NCBI GenBank assembly: GCA_016748015.1
Contig: JAAOMT010000657.1
Coordinates: 248,001-312,000, forward strand
DNA: 64,000 nucleotides
Reading direction: 5' to 3'
Origin: Geosiphon pyriformis uo1
Taxonomy: Eukaryota > Fungi > Glomeromycota
This document shows positions 9,729 through 23,786 of this stretch, piece by piece (positions within the stretch are counted from its first letter, which is position 1; every line of letters starts with the position of its first letter). The notes under the pieces are model-generated. The model worked only from the letters and a program-made list of their open reading frames with translations. It had not been told where the DNA came from and ran no database searches. The translations under genes were made by a program, and so were the position numbers.

Positions 9729-12700
9729 ATGCACAACAAGTTCCATACACTTAACCACCACCCCAGAACTATTATCAACCACCACCAATAACACAAGCAA
9801 TCTTTTACTATCAAATTTTTTTTTACAGCCAGCCCAGATCTTGAGCCATAGACTATAATCAAAAATAGAGGAATTCTAACAACAATCAGGCACAAACCAA
9901 CAGTAGACTGTCTTGACCAATCCCTCGCAGTCCTGCCCAATCTCAACCAACACCAACCGAATACCCGAATTAAGCTTCCTATCTTGATCTCATGGAAGCC
10001 CAGAGTTTTGATAAATTTACACCAGTGGAAAGGAGGAATGTAGAACAAACCACCAAATCTTTTAATCAAACAAAAAGCAATATCTCACCAGCCATTATTA
10101 TTGAAGACATTATTCTAGCCACCATATTTCCTTTTAATATCAATACTTTAAACAATTATAGCCTTTTTAGTAGAGCAGCCATCAATCAGGATAAACCAAT
10201 AATGGCTCTATACACTGATGCCAGAGCCAGAGGAATAGATATTAAATTAATCCTAAATAACAGATCAGCCAGTAGCATAATTACGAAGCAGCTCATAGAC
10301 CAACTAAGTCACTGAGTAGATCATGCTGCTACTGTTCAGATTATTACAGCAGATAGAAATACAAAAACCCCAATAGAAAAAATTGACAACTTCTTTTTCG
10401 AGATTAATGGAATCCAGATCTCTATCAAAGTACTTGTTATAGAAGCCACTCAATATCAAGCTCTGGGTAAAAAATAATTGGTTGTCAAAAGCCAATGCTA
10501 CTCTCGACTAGAACACCCAAGAACTTTAACTCACATTCAATAGACAGTATGCCCAAGTTCCAGTTATGTACGGACATTTTAAAACCCAATATACTGAGGA
10601 ACTCCTTATTAAATTTGAAAACACATCACTACTACCAACTATTGAGATCTATCAGGTTTCATGAGCAGATGATTATCAAACTGAACTACCCCCACCACCA
10701 ACTTGGGAAGAAAAAAGAAAAAGCAGAGCCGAAGAAGAACTCCAATTGTTATTACTAGAATACATAATCTCAGACCAAAGAAATCTATTTTATCAACCTT
10801 CAAGACTAATATGTGTCGATTGTAGAAAAAAGCTATCTACTATGGGCACATGTATCAGAGACAACAAAAAATAGCCCACTGCTACCAAATATTACTGCAG
10901 ACTTTGTGTACTGAAAAGATTTGGATGACCAAAATAACAAAACAAATGGAACAACATGCCATGTCTCACATGTGACAAGATCCTGTCTAATGAAAGACTC
11001 TGGAATAATGTGTCTGGCAGAGGAGGAACATGTGATGAGGCTTGTCAATACACCATATTAATCAACAATTGAGTATAAAAGGGAATCCCTATTGAGGATG
11101 CTTGAAAATGAGCACTCAATAGGCTGGATGGTTATCCACACAATGATCACAAAATCTGGAGAATGGCAAGTGCTAAAGCTGAAGACACCATGTTCAAAGA
11201 GATATAAGAAATCAGGAACAACTCTTGAACACCCAAATATAATGAACCTGACTACCCCACAGATGATTTTTTTACAGATAACCCTGATGCATTTCAGAAC
11301 CAATATCAAAAATTGGTCCTAACCCAAAAAGAGCAAGAACAGTAGTTAGCTGATCTGAATACCAAACTATGTGATTACTGCTTAATTTCTTGTTATTTTC
11401 AATACTGCAATGAGTGTGATATTATGTTCAACCCACCTCCCAGAATTTTATACCCAATCACCGAATTATCTAAGCCTAAAGAAGAAGAGGAATTACTTAC
11501 CAAAGACATGTTATTTCAAAAGCCGAATCAGACTACCAAAATAGAACAATACCTCACATATCCCGACCTCTTCAAAGAATTAGAATTAAAATGGTACAGT
11601 AACAACAACAAAAGAATATGCTCAGAAAAAGCACATGAGACTGATGCAAGTTTTGATTTAAGATACCCTGGACAGTTACTCATAGTTATAGCTCTATATT
11701 TTCTGGTAAAAATAGATCTCAAAATAGCGTTAGAAATTCTTTTTAGCACCATAGTACAAATAGCATTTAGATCAAGTCTTGCAAAGAAAAAAATTAATGT
11801 AAAAGAAGGAATTATCAATGCTGGATATACAGGAAACATCATTGTGATGCTACAGAACAATTTAGACAAACTCTACAAGATCAAATCCCATAAAAAAATC
11901 ACCCAAGCCATCTTCTTACTTTTAGTCAAAATACTCCAATTAGTCCTGATTACCACCTAAGAAAAATTAGGTCTTACTGCCCAAAGAATCAATGGGTTTG
12001 GCTTAAGTGGAAGAGAGAACATAATGGTCAATTTTATGGAGGAGGATAGTGACCAAGTAGAACTTATCTATACCAACACTATCATTTTTATCCCTCCTTA
12101 TTGGCAGTACATTCTCAAAGTTGACCGAAGGATTCAGAAACAAGCACTAGTCTTCAAAACCAATCCCGAGATCTGTTTGCTAGCTAATATTGCTAACCTG
12201 TACTTATCAGCCAAAGCTTATAAGTACTTTAGAATCCCTATTTACAACCCAACCAAAAACATTATCAAAATGCCTAAGGGAATTCTTGTTGGTTCCATAT
12301 TTTCAGATATTCAGAATCCAGAAAAACCTCAGCTCATTCCAGATTTTGCTCAATTGTTCTTGTTCTGTAACATTACTTCACAAGTATGGAACTTGCCAAA
12401 GAAAAGTTACTTGTTTATGCTAGAAGAAATTAATAAACTCAATTTGAGAAACCTGAGCACTTTACAGCAAATACAACTTAAGATTCTATTGAACCAATAT
12501 GCTGATGTCTTTGTAAGCAAAAATGAGTTCAGACACACTAACATTGTAAAACACCAGATTGATACTGGAAATGCTTGACCTATTAAGCAGTGAGCTTATT
12601 GAGTACCTCCATCTGGTGATAATCTGATTAAGTAGAAAGTACAACAAATGCTTAACAATGGATTGATTAAAGAATTATTAAGTCCTTGGTTCTCTCTAGT

Positions 12701-15297
12701 AGTTTTAGTTACAAAGAAGAATGAAAAGATACAATTCTGTGTGGATTACCAGAAATTAAATAGCATTATTCAAGGAGATAGCTATTCCACTCCTTTTATC
12801 CAAAAAATTCTAAACAACTTAGAAAAAAAAAAATGGTTCTTATCACTAGATCTAGCCAGTAGATATTAGCAAGTTGAAATGGACCTGAAAGACAAAAAAA
12901 AATGGCATTTACCACCCAAGATAGAAATTTTGAATTTAATGTAATGCTTTTTGAACTCTGCAATGCTCCTGCTATCTTCTAGCATCTCATGGATGTTATC
13001 TATAAGAGAATCTTATAGAAATCAGTTATAGTTTACTTAGATAACACAAATGTGTTCTCAGAAATGTTTGACAAACATTTGCTATACCTCCAACAAATTT
13101 TCAAACATCTTCAAAATGCTGGACTAAAACTTAATCCCAACAAATGCTTCTTTGGGAAAACCAAGCTGAAATTCCTAGAACATATAATTGGCAAAGATAG
13201 AGTCAAACCTGATCCAGACAAGATCCAGAAAGTCAAAAATTTTCCAGCTTCCATCAATCTTCAAGAACTACATGGATTCTTAGGATTAGCAAAATATTAC
13301 TGACAGTTTGTCAAAGGTTTCTCAACCATTGCAAAACCACTTTATCATTTGCTATCTAAGCACGTATCATACCAATGAAAGGAGGAACAACAGAAAGCAT
13401 TCAACTATCTCAAACAGCAGTTAATTACCTCTCCAGTATTGATCTACTTAGATTTCACCAAATGTTTTATTGTTGCTATAGATGCCTCAAAAAATGCACT
13501 AGGAACCATCTTATCTCAGATTGGACCAAACAAAAAAGAACATCCAATTGCATATGCTAGTTGTAGCACAAGTCTAGTGGAAAAAATATATAGTACAACA
13601 GACTTGGAATGTCTTGCCATTTATTGGGCAGTACAAATCTGGAGACATTATCTGAGCCAATCATTCAACCTATATACTGATCATAAAAAATTAATCTGGC
13701 TACTCAATAACTCACAGCTGGAAAGAAAATATGCAAAATAGAGTACTTATTTGCAACAATTCTTACTCAAAGTTTATTATAAGAAAGAATCTAAGAACAC
13801 CAATGCCAACAGTTTGTCAAGGATGCCACAAACTTAATCTTGGATCCATGGATACACTTACTTATTAATGATTACATCAGTACCTATTGACACTATGTTT
13901 CAAGAAGATATTATCTCAACAGAAACAAAATACTATATGAAAACAAGTGCAAAATTACTTTATTTAAAATAACCAACTCTATTATTGAGAATGATAAAAT
14001 CACACCACCCCACAATGGTTGATCAAAAGCAATAAAAAAGAAGTTATATTATATAGTATGCATATTGACCCAACTGCAGAACACTTCAACAAAGATGCGA
14101 CTCTGAAAAGAACAACAAATCTATACTATTGGTCTACAATGTATAAGAATATCTTCGAATATGTTTTCAATTGTGATTCATGTCAGCAAAGAGAAGAAGC
14201 CAGAATAACAGAACCACTTTGACTCATTCCAGTTGGAAATCTATTTGATAGAATTGGAATCAATTTGGTTGGTCTTTTTTTGATTACATCCAAAAGAAAT
14301 TGTTATATCATGGTAGCCATAGACTACCTTACAAAATGGCCAGAAGCCAAAGCAATCCAAGTAGCTGACACCAAAACAGTAGCCAAATTTGTACACCAAA
14401 ATTTAATATGCAGACATGAATGCTTAAAAGAATTGTTATCGGACCAAAGAACACATTTTGTCAATACTATGTTAACTGAATTGTGTCAATGATTTGGTGT
14501 AAAATGATTTTTATTGTCACCATATCACTCACAAACAAATGGACTGGTAGAACAGTTTAACAGAATATTATGTAAAACATTAGTAAAATAAGTTACAAAA
14601 ATAAACAAGAATGGGACTTATTTATATCTTCTGTACTCTTTGCATATCAAACATTAAAGCAAAATATGATGCAATTTATATCATTCAAATTAGTCTATAG
14701 AAGAAAAGCAACACTACCTATTGAATGAAAAATACCGTCCTACTCAACAAAAACTATTAACAAAGAAAATTTTAAAGCTACCTTATGCCAAAAAACATAC
14801 CAGTTAATGGAAACATTAGAAAACAATCATAGAACAGTAGCTGACAATATTAGTAATACTCAAAAATAACAAAAAGAAAGACATGATGATTATCTACCTG
14901 AACAACCAATGGAATTTAAGATTGAAGACCAAGTACTATTACATCATACAAAAGCAAAGAAACAATGAAGTGGAAAGTTTGACCCAAAGTAGAACAGCCC
15001 ATTTCACATACACAAAGCTTTAGGAAATGAAGCTTACAAATTATAATTGGAAAACAGGATTTTAAAGAAAGTAGTTCATAGAAATTGATTAAAAATTTAT
15101 CATGTAAAACAACAGTCATTGTCATCAGTACCTCAATTAGGAACACAAATTTCATTAATCAGACCAGAAAATATACCACAAGATTTGGAACCAATTATTG
15201 TTATCGAAATATAAGCAACATGTAGCAAATTAAATTGGAAAATTCAAGTATATATACCACCCAGAAAACAACAAGAAAATGATAAAACCTTTTCAAC

Positions 15298-16032
15298 ATG
15301 AACTTTTCAGATCAAATTCTACAACTTTCAAAACAACTGTTTAATGCAATTCAACAATCTTCCACTCAAATAGAAATTACAATTGATAAAAAAAGAGATA
15401 TGATACAGGGATAAGAGCAAGAAAAAGATGGATAAGAGTTCAACTAGAACTAAGCTGTTCCACTTCTACAAGCAAACCTCTCCCTATGAAAAAAAAGAAA
15501 AAGAGATATGGCATAAATAGGATTTGACACAGCTGAGGAGAAGAAAAAAGTAACAGAAATGGAACTGTGTTGGGTAAGAATTGAGGAAATAAGGGAGGGT
15601 CTGAACAGGCAAATACTGAAGCCAGTAATAGGAGAATGGACACCTAAAAATGTGAAGAAATGGAAAAAAAAACTTCTACTCATTTATTGGCTATTTAAAA
15701 TTGGATTACAATTAGGATTAAATAGCCTATATGAAAACCTCAACTGTTGAATAATCAACAAAGAAGCCCACAGACAAGTAAAAGAATTCATGGAAAAAAA
15801 CAACTTAAACCTATACTATAAAGCAATATACCAACTATATTCAGCATTTAAATACTGTCTAACAGTACTACTAGATGAAACTTTAAAAATTATCATAGTC
15901 AACAACATAAGATGGATGACAAACACCCAATTTGAAGTTCTACAAAAAGCAATACTGAAGGCAACATTTGAGTTCTTTATGGAAAACACAAACTTGGCTA
16001 AAATAGATAATTTCACAGGAGCTCAATTTTAA
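15298..16032 (+). pseudogene. ORF3 of element B (~244 aa)
   Basis: MNFSDQILQLSKQLFNAIQQ...KNNL..AIYQLYSAF..TNTQFEVLQ..DNFTGAQF*; ORFs 15559 and 15790 share the frame of ATG 15298. Confidence 0.8.
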
Positions 16033-16046
16033 AAAAGAAGGGATAA

Positions 16047-16928
16047 TATTACTTGAGTAGAAAAACCAAAAAGCTATAGAAAAACGTGACAAAAAAATGT
16101 GACAAGAAAAACGTGATACAACTCAAGGTAACACAGAACAAATATGAACAATAGCTAGCAATAATAAGCAATAGCTAACAATAGTAAAGCAATTGAAAGC
16201 AATTCTGTAAAACCAAAAGAATGTATTAAAGCAAGTAGTTGTAGAAGTTGAAAAAACAGACAGTTAGTCAAGTAATTAATTTTACTTTGTATTATACTTA
16301 TTATACATCCATAGTCTGAAATACAATAATTATCAAAAACAAAATCCAATTTACCAATTTATGTTCTCCAATTTTATGGATTTTAATTGAAATTAAAATC
16401 AGTATTTCCTATTTTTGTTCTGGGACAGATGTCATTAGCATAAATGCCTTGAACTCTTAATGATTTGGACTAATCACTCTTGATCACAGCAATTAACAAG
16501 AACTAATTTTTTTTTTTCTCTCTTTATTTTCTTTTCTTTTTTCTTTTGTTTGGAGTGGCAACATAGAAAAATCAACTGTCTTAGAATAGATTTTGTGATA
16601 GCCTGGTAAAAGAAGGAAGCTCTCCCTAAGTTTTGGATATTAACATTATCTTAATAGCTTATCAGAAAGATGAAAAAACAACACTGGATCCTAATGACTG
16701 TGCTTGTTAGCATGAAAAAGAAAGCTCACATTTATGGAAAACATTGCAATTGATGAAAGACAAACTCTGTGCCTTATAACCAAAGAACTCAACAGGTAAA
16801 TTTACATCCAAAAATAGATCTTCAGAAACTGATAACACTGACACTGCGGAAAGAGCAACCAACCTTAAAAAATCAAAAAATAGAGCACCAAAAGTTACCA
16901 CCATACCCTACTCAGTTTACTTATAACA
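16047..16928 (+). repeat. 3' LTR of B (~882 bp)
   Basis: Starts tattac after the PPT, ends ttataaca; host C1 sequence resumes. Confidence 0.85.
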
Positions 16929-19900
16929 CTGTATAATAAAAAGAAGCTAAAACACAAATAAGTAACTTGCTAAATACTCTACTTGAATAAATTTGACTAA
17001 GACATATAATATTGCAAAAAAGCAAATTATTAAAACACAAATACTTTTTTTAGACTTATTATCAAATAATAGTAGAATCTTTTTAAACCAAAACAACCTA
17101 ATTATTAGTAATTTTACTTTAATTAAACACAATAATAAACTTGAACAACTATTCTGCCTTAATAAAAATTTTGGATAAAAAACAATATTCATTAAACTAC
17201 ACTTAACAACAAAGAAAATATTTGCACAAACAATCAAATTTTTATTTAATTTATCAAAATTAACTATACAAAAGAAACAGAAAAAATCTTAACTGCTATT
17301 AAAAAATCATTAGATTTAAAAAAAGAAATTGTAATTTACAATATATACACTAATTTATTAGTTAAATACTTTGGAAAAACAAAAACAATTTAAAAAATCT
17401 TAGTTTGTTATTATTGGTCTACTTTGGAAAAAAATATTGTTGAGTATATAAAAATCTGTAATATCTGTTTAAAAAAAAAAATTCAACTGCAAAAAAAATA
17501 TATATCTAACAGAATTGATATAAATATTATAAAATTCTTAAAAATAACTTTTGATAACTACAAATATATTATTACAGCTACTAATTATTTTATAATAGAA
17601 ACAAAAGTTATCTTAAACTAAACAACAGTCTTTATTGCTAATTTTATTTATAAAGATATTATTTATCATTATAACTGTTTTAAAAAACTTTTGTTTGATA
17701 GAAAAAAAGCTTTTCTTAGTATACTGATTAAAAAACTTTGTAAAAAGATAAAAATATGTCATAAACTCTTTTTTTTATTACTCTTAAACAAATGTTTTAA
17801 TAAAATGTTTTAATAAAATCTTATGTAAAACTTTAGCCAAAGCCAGTAAAGAAACAAATCTATAAGACAAAGTATTGTTTTCAGCTTTATTTGTTTATAA
17901 AACTGTAAATTATAACATAACAAATTATAAATTCTTTTATCTGTTCTATAAACAAATAGCAATTTTATCAATAAAAATTAATATTAAGACAATATATTTT
18001 AAAAAAATCATAATAAAATATTATAAGAATATTTTACAAAAAAAGCTTAATACAATTCTTGACTTTTTAATAAAAACATAAATAATTGTTTTTGAAAAAA
18101 TAAAACAGTTTTAAAAAAAGCTTAAAAAAAAATTTATAAAACACTTTTCTTAAGTATTAATAACTTAAAAATTTAAGAATATCTTACTAAAAAGACATAA
18201 CTGTTAAAATAAACTGGCTATCATACTAAAAAAAAATTCCCAGAAGAAACCATTAATTAAATCTCTGTTTATTATACAAAAAACTCAACCAAAATCTTTA
18301 AACTCCAAAATCTTCAGAAATTACCAATATTTCCAGCTATTGAGCACCAAGTTATGAGTTTGTTATTTGTTTTAACATTCTAAATAATTACTTGTAACAC
18401 TGGTAATAGTTTTTTTTGGATTAATAACAGTATAAGTTTTATTGTTATTAGTTATAGTGGTTTGTTTTTTAATAGTTAGAATAACATTTGAATAATTTTT
18501 GGTCTAATATTTATAAAAAATATAGAAAGTATTTTAAATGTTTTAATTTAAAAAATAATTATTTATGTTAATTAAAAATACTTTTGTTTTGAAAATAGTG
18601 TATTTATTTATAACTAATTTTTGTTGATTATTTAGATTAGTATTACCACAACAAGTAACTAATTAAGTTATTTATAATATTTTTTAAGTTTTGTACTATG
18701 AACAGAGCAATTATTAAAAATTGTTTAATATTAATCTTATAGAATATAAAAATTATTATTCAGAAATTTGTTTACTAAAAAGAGTTATTTCTACCAACTA
18801 AAAAATTTATTTTTATAGACATTGTCTTTATTTAAATAATATTTTAAAACTACTTTTGTTTCCAGGTTTTTTACCAGACTATTCTTGATGTTAAATATTC
18901 AGCACTTAATACTTTTAATCAATTAGTAAACAACAAAGAAACAAAATAAAAAAATAATAAAAAATAATAAAAAATTAGTATTTTATCAATAACTATAATC
19001 AAGAACTATTGTTCTAATGTAATTAAGAATTGAATTCTAACAACATGGAGTGTTGATAATGTAGAATAAATTAATATTTCTTTAATTAAATAATAATAAC
19101 ATGAATTTAATGATAATAGATAATTTTATTAATATGGAAATAATTTCATTTTAATTTATAAAAAACTATTTTTTAAAAAAAGAGATATTGTTGTTCTAAA
19201 CTCTATTGAATTCTTTTAGAATTACTTTTTCTGTTTTTAATATTCTTGCTATATATACATAATTTATATTATACAAAATTCCTTGAAATCTTTTAATTTT
19301 TATGAGTAATACCAGAAAAGAAAAAATTGATAATAAAATAGATAAATATCTGCTTAAAAACATAACAACAGTAATACTTCTATTCTCTATTATAATTTAA
19401 AAAACAATTCAAAAAATTCTGCTTATAAACAAAAACTTGTTATATAAAAAACAATTAAAGCTCTATGGTTATTTTGGTAAAATCATAGAAAATATAAAGC
19501 TTATAAAAAAACAACTTCAAAAATACAAGTAAAAATTTTGGACATTATATGATTAAATATTTCAAAAGTTTTGATCATTGCTAAAAAAGCCAAAACTTTT
19601 ATACAAAAATTTGGTTTCTTAGATACAAAACTTATTTTATTTTAAATATTATATATTTTATTTACAAAAAATTTTATATTATGGTTAAAACTTATAGTTT
19701 TTATTAGTTATTATATGTATTAGCCAATAATGTCATATAATTAGCCATTCTATTTTTAGATAGTAATTATTAATAATTTAACTGTTAATTTGGTTATTAA
19801 TTATTTTCAATAATTATATAAGTAATAAGTCTTTTAGCTATGAAAAAACATAATCATAATTAAAAAAAAAAATAATAATTATTATTATCTCAATTTTTTT

Positions 19901-20325
19901 TATTGCTTATTTCTCTTTTTGTACTTTTAAGTATCTGAATATTTTAAAATAAAAAATTACTTGTTGGCAATTATCTATTTTTTTTTAATTTGTATAATTA
20001 TAATATTTAAAAATTATTGAATAATCATAATTAAAGAAATATATTTAATACTTAATATTAAATTCTAAGAACACTAATATAAGACATAAAATTATACTAA
20101 TATATTATTATTTATTAACAATATAAACTATTTCTTTATCTTTAAATTCTTTAGTTATCTTTTAAAAAGAATAGCAATTAAGATATTTTATAAAATTAAT
20201 CTCATATATTAAATTCATATTTATTTAATTTGCTCTTTAAAATTAAATTTTCTTTAATCTTTTTTATTACTCTACAATATTGTTTTTTTTTGTTATCCAT
20301 TAATTTGTTATTTTAATTTATAATA
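16929..20325 (+). mobile_element. Element C1: extremely AT-shifted Ty3/gypsy remnant (RH end, integrase, ORF3, LTR 19677-20325)
   Basis: Colinear with the reverse complement of 33213-36030; integrase traces (CNIC, RIDINII..). Confidence 0.85.
18166..19311 (-). mobile_element. Solo LTR (G-like) in C1 with 4-bp TSD CCAG, split by a later inversion (U5 piece 18166-18399 now +, remainder 18853-19311 -)
   Basis: LTR termini cttgtaaca (18399) and gagtaata (19311) flanked by ctgg/ccag; U3 repeat block deleted. Confidence 0.8.
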
Positions 20326-22335
20326 TTATTATTTGTTATTATAATTGCCCTAGAAAACTTTTATTTAATAAAAAAAAAACTTTTCTTAATACATTAGTTG
20401 AAGAACTTTTTTAAAAAATAAGAATATATTATAAATTTTTTTTTATACCACTTTTAAACAAATAGCTTAGTGAAATATTTCAATAAAATATTATATAAAA
20501 TCTTGGCCAAAACTAGTAAAAAAACAAATTTATAAAACAAAATATTGTTTTTAACTTTGTTTACTTATAAAACTGTAAATCATAATATAAAAGTTATAAA
20601 CTTTTTTATTTGTTCTATAGAAAAATAGCAATATTATCAATAAAAATTGATATTAAAACAATATTTTTTAAAAAAATTACAATAAAAAAATACAAAGATA
20701 TCTTGCAAAGAAAACTTATTACAATTCTTAATTTACTAATAAAAGCACAAATAATTATTTTTGAAAAAATAAAACAGTTTTAAAAAACCCTAAGAAAAAG
20801 AAAACATACAAAATATTTTTTTTAAATATAGATAACCTAGTTTTAAAATATTACTTAAGCAGAGATAATATTTATAGAAATAAGTTTTTTAATAAGTAAA
20901 AAAAACTTTTTATAGTTAACAAAGTTTTAAACAATAATTTTTATATCTTATAAGATTAATATAGAACAATTTTTAATAATTAATTTATATATAGTACATG
21001 ACTCAAAAAATATTACAAATGACCTGATTGGTTATTTGTTATAGTAATACTAATTCAAATAATCAACAAAAATTAGTTATAAATAAATGAATTATTTCTA
21101 AAACAGTAATGTTTTTAATTAATATAAATAATTATTTTTTGGATTAAAACATTTAAAATATTTAAAATATTTTTTATAAGTATTGGATCAAAAATTATCT
21201 AAATGCTATTTTAATCATTAAAAAACAAACTACTATAAATAATAATAATAAAACATTTATTATTATTAAACCAAAAAAAACTACTATTAAAAAAGAAAAA
21301 ACTGGTAACAAAACAGCTAAATATATATTTAAATACATAATTTTAACAATATTATTATCTTTCAATATACTTAGAAAAATAATTAAAAAAATTTTGTCTA
21401 TAAACAAAAACTTATTATATAAAAAACAATTAAAACTCTATGATTAACTTGATGAATTATAAAAAATATAAAGCTCTTAAAGAAAACATTTTCAAAAATA
21501 CAAACAAAAATTTTGGGAATTATATAATTAGATATTTTAAAAATTTTAATTATTGTCAAAAAAGTCAAAATTTTTATACAAAGTTTTGTCTCAAATTTTG
21601 TATATTTTATTAACAAAAAACTTTATCAAACTAGTTAGTTTTAAGTTAAATAAAACTCTTCAATTAAAATACTTTATAAATAATTTAATTTTACTAAAAT
21701 TCAATTTTCTTGGAAAAAATAATGTTATAGTTGAAAGTCATAGTTTTTATTAATTATCACATGTATTACTCACTAATATTATATAATTAACCACTTTATT
21801 TTTAAAAAATAATTAATAATCTGATTATTAATTTAATTAATAACTTGATTGTTAACTTAATTACTAATCTAATTATTGACTATTTTAAATAGTTATATAA
21901 ATGATGTATTTTTTAATTTTAAAAAAATATGTTTATATATATAAGTCATATATAAATCAAAATAATAAAAATTATTTCTTAAAATATCTAATCTTTTTTA
22001 TTTTACTTATTTCTCTTTTTTAATTTTTTTCAAATATCTGAAAATTTTTGTGATAAAAAATTATTTGTTAATATTCATCTATAATTGTTAGTTTTAAAAA
22101 TTATTGAATTATTAAAAAATATAATTAATATCTAATATTGAATTTTAAAAGTGCTAATATAAAGCATAAAATTATATTAATATGTTATTTTTATTAATAA
22201 TATAGATTATTTCTTTATCTTTAAATTTTTTTGTTATTTTTTAAAATAGCAATTGAGATATTTATAAAATTGATTTTATATATTGAATTTATATTAATTC
22301 AATTTGTTCTTTGAAGTTAAATTTTTCTTTAATTA
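20326..22335 (+). mobile_element. Element C2: second C-family remnant (integrase C-half, ORF3, PPT, LTR from 21723, truncated)
   Basis: Parallels 17660-18160 and the reverse complement of C3. Confidence 0.8.
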
Positions 22336-23500
22336 TTATCATATAATTTATTTAACATATTTTTTTAATCAAGCTTATTTTAAAAATTTATATAAAAAAC
22401 AACAATATTAATTAACTTTTTTATTTAATAACTTTTAAACAAATATTTTTTAAATTTAAACCAAATTTATATTTAAATAATTATTAATTAATTAGTTAAA
22501 TTTTTTTAAAACAAAAAAAACATCTATATATTAATATTTTTTAAAAATAATATTTAAAACTTAATTTCTAATTTTATAACCAATTTTATAAATTTTAATT
22601 AAGATATTTTATTAGTTTTTCAAAGTATTTAAACTATTTTAGAACAAAAAAACAATAAATTTTTGCTTTTGTTTAAAAATAATATATAAAACTTATTAAA
22701 TAATTTAATAATTATAAAAAATAATTATAATAAACTAATATAATAATAAATACAAGTTTTAAATTATTGGTAAATATTTTCAAAAATTTTTTACTACTTG
22801 GTTTTTTTAAGTAATTAATATAGTTGTTAATTTAAAAATAATTTATTAGTTATTAATCAACTATTTAAATAATAATATTGTTATTAAAGATTTTATTTCT
22901 AATAATAATTATTTTGTTAATAATAATTTCTAGTTTTTTACTTTTATATTATTATTAAAATTTTGTTTAATTTAGTCAATATAAAATATTTATAAAATAT
23001 CTATAAATTAATATTTAAAATCAAGTTTTTTTATAAAGATTTTTGTTATTTTTTGATGTTATTAATATTAAATTTATTGTTAAATTTTAAAAAGTTATTT
23101 ATCTTTAAAGTATTTTTTATATTTTAAATTTGTATAATATTAAATCTATAATAAAATAATTAGTTTTATGTTAATATTTTTAATATATTAAAGATCAATT
23201 CTTTTATAAAAAATCTTGATTGTAGATTTTTGTTATAATATATAATTACTTTAATAATTTAAAATTTACTCTTTTACAAAAATTTTTAACTATAAATTCT
23301 TAAATAAAATAATAAAAATAAAAATTAATTTCAATAATTTAATAATGTTATGCAATAAAGATGTTTTTTTTTGAGGATTAATAGATTTGTAACAATATAT
23401 TATATAATAATAACATTTTTAATTAATATATATATAATGTTATTATATTATTAACATTTAAATAACATAATAGTTATTTGTTATAATTAAGGTTAAATAT
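22336..23500. repeat. Extremely AT-rich hypermutated repeat remnant, type unresolved (possibly a pogo-like DNA transposon end near 23480-23500)
   Basis: Very low GC, no CpG seen; inverted repeat ataataacatt...aatgttattat 23405-23447. Confidence 0.3.
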
Positions 23501-23786
23501 TGGTCAAAAATTAATGAAAAAATATATAAAAAACTCAGCAGTTCAAAATAGTAAAAATTTAGCAACGGTCAAAAATAAAAAAAAGGCGAGAATAGTGTTC
23601 CGCTTGAAAGTTACTCAGAGTCTCAAGCAAAACTTGATCAATTGTGGTGTGAACGAATCTTATAATTTATATTAAATCGAAATCGTGAAAGTTTTAATTT
23701 AAGAAATCCAATCAAGATGCAAACAGCAATTTCTTGAATAGTTTTGGCAAAGGAAAATTGAAAATTCATTCATCTCTCCTGGTATT

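Larger units (their letters stand above)
9729..16928 (+). mobile_element. Element B: 3' part of a divergent Ty3/gypsy family with the same domain set; host of A, inserted in C1
   Basis: gag tail, PR ~10200-10580, ZnF ~10810-11430, dUTPase ~11620-12010, RT/RH ~12580-13837, IN 13848-15214, PPT 16031-16046, own LTR type. Confidence 0.94.

Noticed and set aside
16947-21753. Short hydrophobic Ile/Phe/Leu/Lys-rich ORFs as membrane proteins
   Set aside because: By-products of extreme AT enrichment in decayed C-family sequence
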